Source of the DNA: Moraxella sp. TY6
GTDB lineage: Bacteria > Pseudomonadota > Gammaproteobacteria > Pseudomonadales > Moraxellaceae
Length of the DNA: 64,000 nucleotides
Assembly: GCF_048551375.1 (NCBI RefSeq)
Contig: NZ_JBLYZJ010000006.1
Coordinates: 80,051 to 144,050 of the forward strand
Direction of reading: 5' to 3'
Each line of letters starts with the position of its first letter. The first letter of the stretch is position 1. Shown in pieces: positions 30,998 to 40,504 of the stretch. Below the pieces are notes generated by a model. The model ran no database searches. It was not told the DNA's origin and saw only the letters and a program-made list of their open reading frames with translations. Position numbers and translations under genes: made by a program.

Positions 30998-33004
30998 TTA
31001 TTCTGCATTGTTTGCTGAGTTATTTGTTGCCGAATTTTGGTTATCTAAACCATTCACCGATTTAGCGACTTTATCAGCAATGACATGATTAATTAACCCA
31101 TTTAACACATTGGATTTACCTGCCAATCCATCAATCGCCTTACCAATCGACAAGGATTTGGCAAAGTTATCAAAGAAATGTTCCTCACCGCCCACAATGT
31201 CGATTTTGGCTTTTTGTAGGGCAGTGGCAAGCACTTCGGCATTTTCTTTGGCGATTTCTTTGCCTGCTTCAATGGATGCCAATGCCTCTTGTAGAGCGGT
31301 TTCCAGCCCCATACGGTATTCTTCATGCTCACGAGCAGATTGGCTCATGCTACCCATCGCATTGAATTTTTCCACCAAGCCATCGGCTTCGGCTTTGAAG
31401 TGCTGACGAGTGACTTCGGCTTTGGCAAGTCCCACTTCTCGCTCGGCTTTGGCGTTGGATTCGCCACGCACGGCAATGACCTCGGCATTTGCCAAGCCAA
31501 TTTCACGGTCGGCAACCGCTTGGGCTTGACCAGATTTAAGGCGAGCTTCGGCTTCGGCTTCGCCAGTGGCTTTGATGACATTGGCTTTGGCAAGTCCTTC
31601 TTTCTCAAGGGCAACGGCTTTGGCTTCTTGAATCACCGCTTCGGCTACGCCATGAGCAGATTCTTCGGCTTTGATACCTTCTGCCAGTTTAATTTTGGCA
31701 TCGGCTTCTTTTTGAGCAGAATCGAGTTTGGCTTGAGCAAGGGTGATGATTTCTTGGGCTTTATGGCGAGCGGATAGCTCTTGAGCCTCGGCTTCTTTGA
31801 CCTGACGGACTTTGATTTCTTCGGCTTCGGCTTCGGCAGCCAAGATTTTGGTTTGTTTGGCACGGTCGGCTTCAGAGATTTGGCGGACTTCTTTGATACG
31901 CTCTTCTTCCATTGCCACGGTTTTATCCACGGCGACACGCTCACGCACCACATTGGCGATTTCTTTTTTCTCTTGCTCAATGGCTCGTTCGGCTTCGATA
32001 CGTTGTAGCTCGACTTCACGCTCACGAGAGACGATTTCTAACGCACGGGCTTTGGTGACTTTTTCTTCTTCAATCGCCACCGCACGCAGACGGTTTTGGC
32101 TGGCGACTTCGATTTCACGTTGTTGGATTTCACGTTGCACCGCCAAATCTTGCTCGACCAAAATCACCGCACTTTCGGCTTTTTTGCGTTCTTCTTCTTG
32201 AATGCGTTTGGTTTCGGCTTCCTCACGAGCGATAGACGAGGCGACTTCACGGCGTTGTTTGGCGGTGGCATCGGCTTGTTGGCGTTCTAGCTCTAGCATG
32301 GCTTCGGCGGTTTCGACATTTTTCTTTTTGATTGCCAGTTCTTGATTTCGCTCAAGTTCATTGGTATGCACGTTCTGCACAGCAGTGATTTCGGTGATTT
32401 TGCGAATACCTTCCGCATCTAGGATATTGTTGGGGTCAAGCGAGATTTTGGGGGTTTGCTCAAGGTAATCAATCGCCACATCTTCGAGGACATAACCTCC
32501 CAAGTCATTACCAATTTCACGGATAATGCGTTCACGAAATTCATGGCGATTTTCAAAAAGTTTAATAAAATCAATTTGTTTTCCCACGGTTTTGAGGGCT
32601 TCGGCAAATTTGGCATTAAACAGCTCATTGACGGCATCTTTGTCGGACGCTCGCTCGACACCGACCGTTTTGGCGACTTTTAGCACGTCTTCGGCAGTTT
32701 CGTTGACACGCAGATAAAAGGCGACCGAGATATCCGCTCGGATATTGTCACGGCAAATCAAGCCCTCTTTGCCACGTTTATCGACCTCAAGGCGAATTAG
32801 GGCAATCCGCATAAGTTCTTTGCGGTTGATGACGGGCCAAACCAGACCACCGTCAAACCGCACAGAAATTTTGTTGATACCATTGATAATTAAGGCATTG
32901 CCTTGGTCAATTTTGTAATAAAAGGCTTTGAGCATGAGTAGCAGTGCCATCACAAATACAAATACGATGACCACGACCACGCCGACCATAATTAGAATAT
33001 CCAT
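30998..33004 (-). CDS. flotillin-like SPFH/band-7 protein (YqiK-like) with long Ala/Glu/Lys coiled-coil
   Basis: 668 aa; N-terminal TM, SPFH domain, extended AEAK repeat coiled-coil; RBS AAGAGGAAA. Confidence 0.85.
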   Translation of the reverse strand: MDILIMVGVVVVIVFVFVMALLLMLKAFYYKIDQGNALIINGINKISVRFDGGLVWPVINRKELMRIALIRLEVDKRGKEGLICRDNIRADISVAFYLRVNETAEDVLKVAKTVGVERASDKDAVNELFNAKFAEALKTVGKQIDFIKLFENRHEFRERIIREIGNDLGGYVLEDVAIDYLEQTPKISLDPNNILDAEGIRKITEITAVQNVHTNELERNQELAIKKKNVETAEAMLELERQQADATAKQRREVASSIAREEAETKRIQEEERKKAESAVILVEQDLAVQREIQQREIEVASQNRLRAVAIEEEKVTKARALEIVSREREVELQRIEAERAIEQEKKEIANVVRERVAVDKTVAMEEERIKEVRQISEADRAKQTKILAAEAEAEEIKVRQVKEAEAQELSARHKAQEIITLAQAKLDSAQKEADAKIKLAEGIKAEESAHGVAEAVIQEAKAVALEKEGLAKANVIKATGEAEAEARLKSGQAQAVADREIGLANAEVIAVRGESNAKAEREVGLAKAEVTRQHFKAEADGLVEKFNAMGSMSQSAREHEEYRMGLETALQEALASIEAGKEIAKENAEVLATALQKAKIDIVGGEEHFFDNFAKSLSIGKAIDGLAGKSNVLNGLINHVIADKVAKSVNGLDNQNSATNNSANNAE

Positions 33005-33110
33005 GTTTATTTCCTCTTTAAAATTTTTTTGGTTTAACTATTTTGTTTGAAAAATGGTTTCATAGCGTGGTTTTGCAATTTATTTAGCATAACCTTCGTT
33101 AATGAAAAAT

Positions 33111-33572
33111 TCAGTTAAAAAACTCGCTTACTTTATGTGGTTGGGGCAAAATTTGATTTAAAAAATCACTATAATTAAAGCTACCATCTTGATTTTTATA
33201 ATCATTTTTAACAAATATATCATCTATCCAGTGACTATGACCTATTAAAGTATTTAGTTGATTAATAGTTGCTACTTCGCTAATTTCATTAAAGTTTTTG
33301 TTAAACAGATTGGTTAAAAGTCTATGAATTTCTGCTCGTAGCCTGCCATGCTCACTATTAGGATATTCAGCGATTTTTTGAAAAAATTTAGCATAATCAA
33401 AACGATTATCTGTATTAAAAAAATCATTTGACCAAAATACCAAATCACTCCAGTAAGGGTCGGGTGATAGTTGCGAAATTTGCTCAAATAATTTGGCTTG
33501 ATGCTCTTCTGCCAAATCACCTTTCAATAATTGTTCGAGTAATAATTGAATTTTCTGCTCGTTTTCTGTCAT
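33111..33572 (-). CDS. hypothetical protein (AT-rich insert within the NfeD-flotillin operon)
   Basis: 153-aa ORF, about 30% GC, no motif. Confidence 0.4.
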   Translation of the reverse strand: MTENEQKIQLLLEQLLKGDLAEEHQAKLFEQISQLSPDPYWSDLVFWSNDFFNTDNRFDYAKFFQKIAEYPNSEHGRLRAEIHRLLTNLFNKNFNEISEVATINQLNTLIGHSHWIDDIFVKNDYKNQDGSFNYSDFLNQILPQPHKVSEFFN

Positions 33573-33622
33573 TTATTTATCTCAAAAGTTTTATAATGTT
33601 GATTTCTAATTCAAAAAACCAG

Positions 33623-34366
33623 TCAATTCAATCCTTTAACACGGTAGGCATTACTATCGCCCAAATACTCCACCAAAACCACCGTATCGCCCTGCACAAA
33701 ATTTTTATCAAACGCTCGCACCTTTAAAATCAACCCTGCACCGCCATCATTGATGACCGCTTCGCCATGTGTATCATCGACCGTCATCGTCCGCACCACA
33801 GCCACTTGACCGACCAACGTATGATGACTGGTCACAGGTGAACTGGCAAAACGCTTGCGAATCGGTGCGACAATCAGCCCACTAATGGCTAAACTAACAA
33901 TGCTAATGGCAAGCAAAGTAAAAGTCGCAATGACAAAATAGCCAATCCCACTTGCCAAACTGGGCGGTAAAATCGCCTCAAGTAACACACCATTGAGATA
34001 ACTTAACACCCAACCTACCAAGCCAAACAACGTCAAAATGATAAAAATTGGCACGCCTTGCAAACCAAACTTTAGCAAAATACTGGCAATTAGCCCCATA
34101 TCACCGTCATGGTGGTGGGCGTGGGTATGGTGAGCGTGGTGGGTATTTGCGTCTGCGTGCAAATCAGCATGTGGGGCATGGTGAAAACCGTTTGTATCTC
34201 CAGACATATCAGCGTGAAAATCGGTATCCACATCGACCAAACCGAACACCGATACTAGCCAATATAAGGTGACAAATAGCACCAAGGCGGTAAAAATCAC
34301 CGTGGGGTAATGGCTGATATTTACCAAAAATGTTTGCATGGCAGGGCTAGTGAAAAACTCGGACAT
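33623..34366 (-). CDS. NfeD-like membrane protein (YqiJ-like) with His-rich loop and C-terminal OB-fold
   Basis: start taken at ATG 34366 (MSEFF..); TM segments, HHAPHADLHADANTHHAHHTHAHHH tract, C-terminal NfeD beta-barrel region; upstream of flotillin as in yqiJK. Confidence 0.7.
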   Translation of the reverse strand: MSEFFTSPAMQTFLVNISHYPTVIFTALVLFVTLYWLVSVFGLVDVDTDFHADMSGDTNGFHHAPHADLHADANTHHAHHTHAHHHDGDMGLIASILLKFGLQGVPIFIILTLFGLVGWVLSYLNGVLLEAILPPSLASGIGYFVIATFTLLAISIVSLAISGLIVAPIRKRFASSPVTSHHTLVGQVAVVRTMTVDDTHGEAVINDGGAGLILKVRAFDKNFVQGDTVVLVEYLGDSNAYRVKGLN

Positions 34367-34515
34367 CGGTATTCTCAATGGTGAAAAAGGGAATATAGGA
34401 AATAATGTTGAGTTAATATAGCATAAAATCATGGATGTGTAATGATATTCACCTTTTAGCAGGGCTTTATGCTAAAATTTTTGGCACTTAACAGACAGCA
34501 ATAAAAAGGACTTTT

Positions 34516-35328
34516 ATGACAACCTTTTACACCCTTATCAATCGAGTAACCACCGACAACATCACCACCGCCCACTATACCGCCAACTACCCCTCACAAG
34601 GGGCATGGAACGAACATGAACAACACATGGCAGCCTCGACAGGGGTACTCAGCTATGAACTTGAGAAGTTTTTCCCTCGTGCCGATATGCGAATTGGTCG
34701 GATTAGCCTTGATATTTTTGGCTTGATTCATTTTGGTGATTTTAGCATTACCACCCAAGTCATTCGTGGTGGACGCACCATCGAGCTGATAGAAGCCAAG
34801 ATGGAAGCCAATGGTAAAACCTGTATCGTGGCTCGTGCATGGCGAATGCAGACCAGTGACACCTCAGCAGTGGCAGGGCTAGAAGATGACCATATCGGAC
34901 ATCCCGAAAATTACTCTGATTGGGATGGCATGAAGCATTGGGGTGGGGGATTTATCAATAGTATCTACCTCAAAGCCGACCCCAATAACCGTCAAGGTGA
35001 GGGCATCGTGTGGGTGAATACCGATGTCGAGATGGTCACCGAAAACGGCAAAGCCATGCCAACCTCTGACTTCGTGCATCTGATGGGGATGGTCGATAGT
35101 GCCAATGGCATCGTGCCACGTATTCATCAGCCAAATGGTATTGAATGGTTATTTCCCAATTTGGATTTACAAATTCATTTGCATCGCTTACCGCAAGGGC
35201 GATGGCTAGGGCTAGAAACGGTTCAGCAAATCGGTAAAGATGGCGTGGGATTGACCAGTAGCGTGTTGCATGATGTACATGGGGCGTTTGGGCGGAGTGA
35301 ACAGATTTTGACGGTGAGGGAGATGTAA
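34516..35328 (+). CDS. thioesterase-fold protein (acyl-CoA thioesterase-like)
   Basis: 270 aa; double hot-dog-like pattern, weak. Confidence 0.45.
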   Translation: MTTFYTLINRVTTDNITTAHYTANYPSQGAWNEHEQHMAASTGVLSYELEKFFPRADMRIGRISLDIFGLIHFGDFSITTQVIRGGRTIELIEAKMEANGKTCIVARAWRMQTSDTSAVAGLEDDHIGHPENYSDWDGMKHWGGGFINSIYLKADPNNRQGEGIVWVNTDVEMVTENGKAMPTSDFVHLMGMVDSANGIVPRIHQPNGIEWLFPNLDLQIHLHRLPQGRWLGLETVQQIGKDGVGLTSSVLHDVHGAFGRSEQILTVREM

Positions 35329-35475
35329 TTGGTTTATATTTTATACAGCTAAGATAGTCGTATAAAATTATCTAGCTCTACTTTATCCAAAAACCCTAAT
35401 GCAAAAAATGAAATGATATAACTGATTAAATAATAAGTAATATAGGGGATTAACGATTTTGTAGAAAGATTCATT

Positions 35476-36390
35476 TTACAGTACCACATAATCTGGCAAT
35501 GGCTCACGATTATCCTTTTCAAACGTCTGCCCGCTTAGACTCGCCAACTGCGTTTCAATGGTATCGCACATCATACACAACGGCAAATCATTGTCATTCA
35601 CCCCAAACGGCTCGCTAATCTCATCGACAATCTCATTGAGTGCCATAAAAGTATAACCAATAAACGCCACCAAAAACGGTGTCACCCAGCCAATCGTATT
35701 ACCCAGCCCAAACGGCAACATAAAACAATACAAATACACCGTACGATGCAACAGCACAAAATACGCAAACGGAATCGGCGTGTTATTAATCCGCTCACAA
35801 CCTGCCTGTACATGGGCGATTTCCCCCACGCTTTTATCAAGGCTTTGCCATTGCAAACTATCAATCCGCCCATCAGCGTGCCAATCTGCCAATGTCTGCC
35901 CCATCATTTGAGTGAGAAGTAGAGCGGTAAAAGGTTGATTTAGCAACGGATTACGTTGTTCGGCAGTCAAAATCCGCTCAAGGGTCAGCTGATTATCCAC
36001 CCCTCGCAGTTGCAACCGCAGGCAATGTACAAAGGCAATTTGTAAACGGATAAAGGCTTGTTTGTCGCTTATCGTCACATTTGATAAGGTCAAAACTTGG
36101 CGAGCAATATTGCGAGAAAGCCAAACCAACGTCCCCCACAGCTTACGCCCTTCCCAAAAACGGTCATACGCTGAGGCATTACAAAAACCATGAAAAATCG
36201 CAAGCGAAATCCCAAGCAAGGCAAACACGGACGGATTTAGCGGTACAGGGGTTTTGGTGATATGAGTTTGGTAATAATAGATAAAGGCGGAAAAGACAAA
36301 CAGCACCGTCTGTGGCACAATCAGTTGCCGAAAATACGACCCCTGCATGACAAACAGCATTTTGAATGGTTGGATGGCACGTTTTATCAT
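35476..36390 (-). CDS. bestrophin-family (UPF0187/YneE) anion channel
   Basis: 304 aa; SAYDRFWEGRKLWG bestrophin signature. Confidence 0.75.
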   Translation of the reverse strand: MIKRAIQPFKMLFVMQGSYFRQLIVPQTVLFVFSAFIYYYQTHITKTPVPLNPSVFALLGISLAIFHGFCNASAYDRFWEGRKLWGTLVWLSRNIARQVLTLSNVTISDKQAFIRLQIAFVHCLRLQLRGVDNQLTLERILTAEQRNPLLNQPFTALLLTQMMGQTLADWHADGRIDSLQWQSLDKSVGEIAHVQAGCERINNTPIPFAYFVLLHRTVYLYCFMLPFGLGNTIGWVTPFLVAFIGYTFMALNEIVDEISEPFGVNDNDLPLCMMCDTIETQLASLSGQTFEKDNREPLPDYVVL

Positions 36391-36452
36391 AGACGGTACT
36401 TTTTAGAATAACATCGAACTTACGCAAATTATAACTTCATCTTTGAATAAAG

Positions 36453-36533
36453 ACACTAGACCCCTGTATTCACAGGGGTGACGAGTAATTAAAATATTTT
36501 CGTCATTCCTGCGAATGCAGGAATCCAGTGTCT
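36453..36533. repeat. MITE-like intergenic repeat, family 2
   Basis: gacactagacccctgtattcacaggggtgacgagtaattaaaat..tcgtcattcctgcgaatgcaggaatccagtgtc. Confidence 0.75.
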
Positions 36534-36598
36534 TTTACGTAAATCCTATAACAAAAGAGTTGAATCCCAAAAATCCCTCTTGGCTCAAAAGCGGACTA

Positions 36599-36637
36599 CT
36601 CCCCTCCTTTGTCAAAGGAGGGGCTTGGGGAGGATTT
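36599..36637. repeat. half copy of family-3 repeat
   Basis: ctcccctcctttgtcaaaggaggggcttggggaggattt. Confidence 0.5.
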
Positions 36638-37586
36638 AATAAATATACTGCACAAAATTATCCGCTGACAAGCTCGGATTATCGGTATCAAATTGATAAG
36701 CGGTCAAATATCCGCCTTTCACCGCTGAATAATCGACACATACCACTTGCTCAGACAACGGCTGTGGCACGCCAGTCAACCAATAATGCCCCACAAATAC
36801 GAACTTATCAGTGGTCAAGCGAAAATCAATTTCATCGGCTAAGGTTTCGACAGGAATATGCAACAAATCCGACTGCCCTGCCCTTGCGACATGGTGAATC
36901 GGCAAGCGTGCATTCGGCTGTTTTAATTCAGGAAGCCACCATTGTACACGCACTTTTTTGCGTTTTGTGCCTTCTTTATCCAAATAAAAATGCCCGTCTG
37001 GTAGGCGAGTTTCTACGCCTTTTAAGACACGTTCTAACGCTTCAAACTCTGTTGTACCTTGATACGAAGTCAGTTGTAACGCTTCATCGGTCAAGCGATT
37101 ATCCGCCGTCAATAACGGCTGTAACACCGCCATCGCCTCGCCATCCCAACAGGCATGTACAAAACACACATTATCCAACTCAAGCCATAATGGCAACTCA
37201 AAAAACCGTTTGAGCCAAAAATGGTGCAATTCACTGTCAAAACCGACTTCATCAAGAAACGCTTGGTGTTGGGTGACATTACTTGGCTTATTATGGGAGC
37301 GTAAATACTCGCTTGAATTGCGTTTATCAGACGTGGCAAATGCCAACGCATTGTACTCGTGATTACCCATCACCGCCAATGCCGAGCCATTATCCAGCAT
37401 GGCAAACACGATTTCGAGGGTTTTGAGTTCTTGGCGACCACGGTCAATTAAATCGCCAATAAACACCGCTTGATGATTAGGCGGTGGGGCGAAAAATTTG
37501 CCATTATCCACATAGCCCAACTGCGTTAACAAGCCGATGAGTTTATCCGCTTGACCATGAATATCGCCGATGACATCGTAAATCAT
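36636..37586 (-). CDS. PPP-family metallophosphoesterase (Ser/Thr phosphatase / ApaH-like)
   Basis: GDIHG..GDLIDRG..GNHE motifs; start placed at the second Met. Confidence 0.7.
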   Translation of the reverse strand: MIYDVIGDIHGQADKLIGLLTQLGYVDNGKFFAPPPNHQAVFIGDLIDRGRQELKTLEIVFAMLDNGSALAVMGNHEYNALAFATSDKRNSSEYLRSHNKPSNVTQHQAFLDEVGFDSELHHFWLKRFFELPLWLELDNVCFVHACWDGEAMAVLQPLLTADNRLTDEALQLTSYQGTTEFEALERVLKGVETRLPDGHFYLDKEGTKRKKVRVQWWLPELKQPNARLPIHHVARAGQSDLLHIPVETLADEIDFRLTTDKFVFVGHYWLTGVPQPLSEQVVCVDYSAVKGGYLTAYQFDTDNPSLSADNFVQYIY

Positions 37587-37605
37587 AGCTACCTCTTTGG
37601 TAATT

Positions 37606-38235
37606 TTAACCACCCATCCCTAAAAACCGTGGGTGCATCAAGGCATTAAAAAAGTGTTGCACAATCGCAGGTTCAACGGCAATGGTAGCGAGCATCCCAA
37701 AAACCCCACCAACCAAATGAGCAGAATGGTTGATATTACCACGCCCTTGACCGTCCGCCCACACGCTATAGCCCACATATAGCCCTGCAAACACAATCGC
37801 TGGTACAGGGATAAAGAACACCAATAGTGTACTCCACGGATTCATCAATACATAGCTAAACACCACTGCCGACACTGCCCCAGACGCACCAAGACTGCTA
37901 TAGCGAGGGTTGTTTTTATGCTTCATATAGGTCGGAATAATCGCCACCACAATCGCTGTCAAATAAAACAGTACATAGGCAATCGTGCCTGCACTGTCCA
38001 TAAAAAACCGCTGTACCACATTACCAAATGAAAACAAGGTAAACATATTAAAAAACAAGTGCATACCATCGGCATGAATAAAGCCATGCGTCACAAAACG
38101 GTCAACTTGCCCACGCTGTACCGCAGGCGGATAAAAAATCAGCCGTTGCATCAGTTGGGGCGACTGCCATGCAAGCAAGCTCACCACCACGGTGATAATG
38201 ACGATAAATAAATTATGATTGTAAATCAGTGACAT
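37606..38235 (-). CDS. rhomboid-family intramembrane serine protease
   Basis: 209 aa, 6 TM; GASGAV (catalytic Ser) and AHLVGGVFG (catalytic His) motifs. Confidence 0.8.
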   Translation of the reverse strand: MSLIYNHNLFIVIITVVVSLLAWQSPQLMQRLIFYPPAVQRGQVDRFVTHGFIHADGMHLFFNMFTLFSFGNVVQRFFMDSAGTIAYVLFYLTAIVVAIIPTYMKHKNNPRYSSLGASGAVSAVVFSYVLMNPWSTLLVFFIPVPAIVFAGLYVGYSVWADGQGRGNINHSAHLVGGVFGMLATIAVEPAIVQHFFNALMHPRFLGMGG

Positions 38236-38704
38236 AGTTTGTCCAAAGCAAATAAGATAATAATGAAAATCGGAATAAAGTAGTAATTTAGCACACTACT
38301 TGTGCAAAACCAATTTGTTCACAACAGCCGATTACATAAACTACAAAAGCCTTACTTATCACTACTCACCCATTTCACCAATAATTGACCCCATTCTTGC
38401 TCCCAAATATTTTTACAAAACTTAACATAAACTGAATTTTGCTACTTAATTTTCACAAAAGCCCTCGTGGTAACGCAAAGGTTGCTCAAATAAAAACAAA
38501 ACTTACCTAATTGTTACTTTAAAATAACTGAACGCAGGAAAATTTTCTATTATCTTAGGCTCAATTGTTAAAGGTTAGCAAAATTGATATAAAAACGGCT
38601 GTGATTAATAATCAAAATTTTATATTTATCGCTAACTTGCAACTAATTTATCATGTTATTAGACATGCGTTGGTAAATTAGTTGATAATCACATCGCTTA
38701 TCGT

Positions 38705-38770
38705 GGTAGTTATGTTTACGTGATAGTTATGTTTAATGGTTACATTTGATAGTTATGTTACTGTTATGTC
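38705..38770. promoter_or_regulatory. three direct repeats of (T/G)GRTAGTTATGTTWM upstream of the 38821 gene
   Basis: tggtagttatgtttac / gtgatagttatgtttaa / ttgatagttatgttac within a 530-bp AT-rich leader. Confidence 0.5.
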
Positions 38771-38820
38771 ATCCGTGACCCATCCGATAAGTCACTGAAC
38801 TTATTTTAGAGGAAATTGTT

Positions 38821-40359
38821 ATGAATATCATCGAGCATCTAGCCCGTACCGTTACACCAGTATTATTAGGCAATGCTGTTTCTGCCAATGACGGTCGCAC
38901 CTCATTGTTAGAAAAAGTCTATGCCATTATCGTTGCACGTCTAGCTGACAAAGACGTATATACCAAATTTGACAATATCAATGTGGATAATGAAGACCAC
39001 GGTTTCTTCGACCGTTTGCTTCCAGAAGCTAACTACCGTAGCACCATGGTACAAGAACTTGCCAAACACTACAGCGTGCCAGAGCAAGAAACTCAAAGCC
39101 TTATTCAACGTGCCGCACCATTGGTATTGAATGAATTACGTGGCTTATCAGGCACAACCTCACTACCCTCATTTTTGACCAATAATCTATCTTCATTGGT
39201 TAGCGTATTGCCAGCTTGGGCGTATGGCTTTATCCCAGCAGGTATCTTGGGTCTATTGAACATCAACCCAGTTCATGCTTCAACCACTCACGTACAACCA
39301 CAAACCGTGACCACCACTCGCACTGAAGAACATCTAGTTGCCACGCCAAAAGAAGAAGAGGGTGGCTTGATGAAAATCTTGTTGCCAATCATTGGTTTGC
39401 TAATCCTAGCTGCTTTGGCATGGGCATTGTTAAAATCATGTGGCAAAAAAGAAGAAGTCACCGCTGTACCTGTTGCTTCTACCACCCCAGCGAGCGTAGT
39501 GGTTGCCTCTGGCCCATCAGCCAGCTTACTTGCCCCAACCTTGGCTCTAGCCACTGGTGCTGATGGCAAACTAAGCCTAGGTGGCTTAGGTACGGTTGGT
39601 AACGAAGACCTAAAAACCAAAATTATGAGTGCCTTAACTGGTGTGTTTGGTGCGGATGCAGGTAATGCCGTAAACGTCAACGTTGACCCAGCTTATGATG
39701 TGAATATGCCTGTTGCTGATAAACTAGGCGATATCTTGAACCTTGTTAAAGCTGTACCAAACGCTGGTCTAAAAGTTGATGGCAACCATATCATGGTATC
39801 TGCTCCAGACGCAGCCGCCGCTGATAAATTGGTTAAAGACATCCAAGCCTTATCACCAGACTTTATGGTTATGCTTGATTCAGCAATGCCAGCCACAGCT
39901 TCAACCACCACATCAACGGCTAGTGTAACCACGACCACAACTACTATCTCATCAACTGAGCCATCAGTAGTATTTGACCATGGTCGTCTATCATTCTACT
40001 TCGCTACTGGTAAAGCTGATGTAGCAGGCAATGCAGTAGAAAAAGCACAAGAAATCCTTGATGCAGCTAAACAAGGTAAAGTATTGGGTGTAACTGGTTA
40101 CACTGATAGCACTGGTAATGCTGCTGCCAATGCTAAACTATCTAAAGAACGTGCCCAAGCCGTTAAAGCTTTCTTAGTTGCGAATGGTGTACCTGATGCA
40201 CAGCTAAAACTTATCAAACCAACTGACAGCGTTGGTGCTGAAGGTAAAGACCAAGAAGGTCGCCGTGTGGATGTATATATTGCTGATGACAATGCCGTTC
40301 CTGCAACTGCCTCTGTAACAACTACGCAAGTTACTACCGTTGCTAGCCCAGCAAAATAA
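38821..40359 (+). CDS. OmpA-family protein (N-terminal domain of unknown function, one TM helix, Thr-rich linker, C-terminal OmpA/MotB-like peptidoglycan-binding domain)
   Basis: 512 aa; TM at LMKILLPIIGLLILAALAWALL; C-terminal GYTDSTGNAAANAKLSKERAQAV OmpA motif. Confidence 0.6.
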   Translation: MNIIEHLARTVTPVLLGNAVSANDGRTSLLEKVYAIIVARLADKDVYTKFDNINVDNEDHGFFDRLLPEANYRSTMVQELAKHYSVPEQETQSLIQRAAPLVLNELRGLSGTTSLPSFLTNNLSSLVSVLPAWAYGFIPAGILGLLNINPVHASTTHVQPQTVTTTRTEEHLVATPKEEEGGLMKILLPIIGLLILAALAWALLKSCGKKEEVTAVPVASTTPASVVVASGPSASLLAPTLALATGADGKLSLGGLGTVGNEDLKTKIMSALTGVFGADAGNAVNVNVDPAYDVNMPVADKLGDILNLVKAVPNAGLKVDGNHIMVSAPDAAAADKLVKDIQALSPDFMVMLDSAMPATASTTTSTASVTTTTTTISSTEPSVVFDHGRLSFYFATGKADVAGNAVEKAQEILDAAKQGKVLGVTGYTDSTGNAAANAKLSKERAQAVKAFLVANGVPDAQLKLIKPTDSVGAEGKDQEGRRVDVYIADDNAVPATASVTTTQVTTVASPAK

Positions 40360-40372
40360 TCTTAGATTATTA

Positions 40373-40410
40373 GCAATAAAAAATCCTGCCATCGTGCAGG
40401 ATTTTTTATT
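40373..40410 (+). terminator. rho-independent terminator
   Basis: aaaaatcctgccatcgtgcaggattttttatt. Confidence 0.7.
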
Positions 40411-40433
40411 GGGAAATTTTTGAAATTTTAACA

Positions 40434-40497
40434 ATGGCGTAAGCTTGACACCCTGTTTAGAATCTTAAATATTGGGCGTATGCAATACGCCCCTACT
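40434..40497. repeat. REP-like hairpin repeat, family 1
   Basis: ggcgtaagcttgacaccc...gggcgtatgcaatacgcccctac. Confidence 0.65.
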
Positions 40498-40504
40498 TGA
40501 GAAA

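Noticed and set aside
31110-32290. Several 60-150-aa ORFs on both strands inside the flotillin gene
   Set aside because: Generated by the repetitive GCn/AAG codon structure of the Ala/Glu/Lys coiled-coil. The flotillin frame is the only one with a domain and an RBS.
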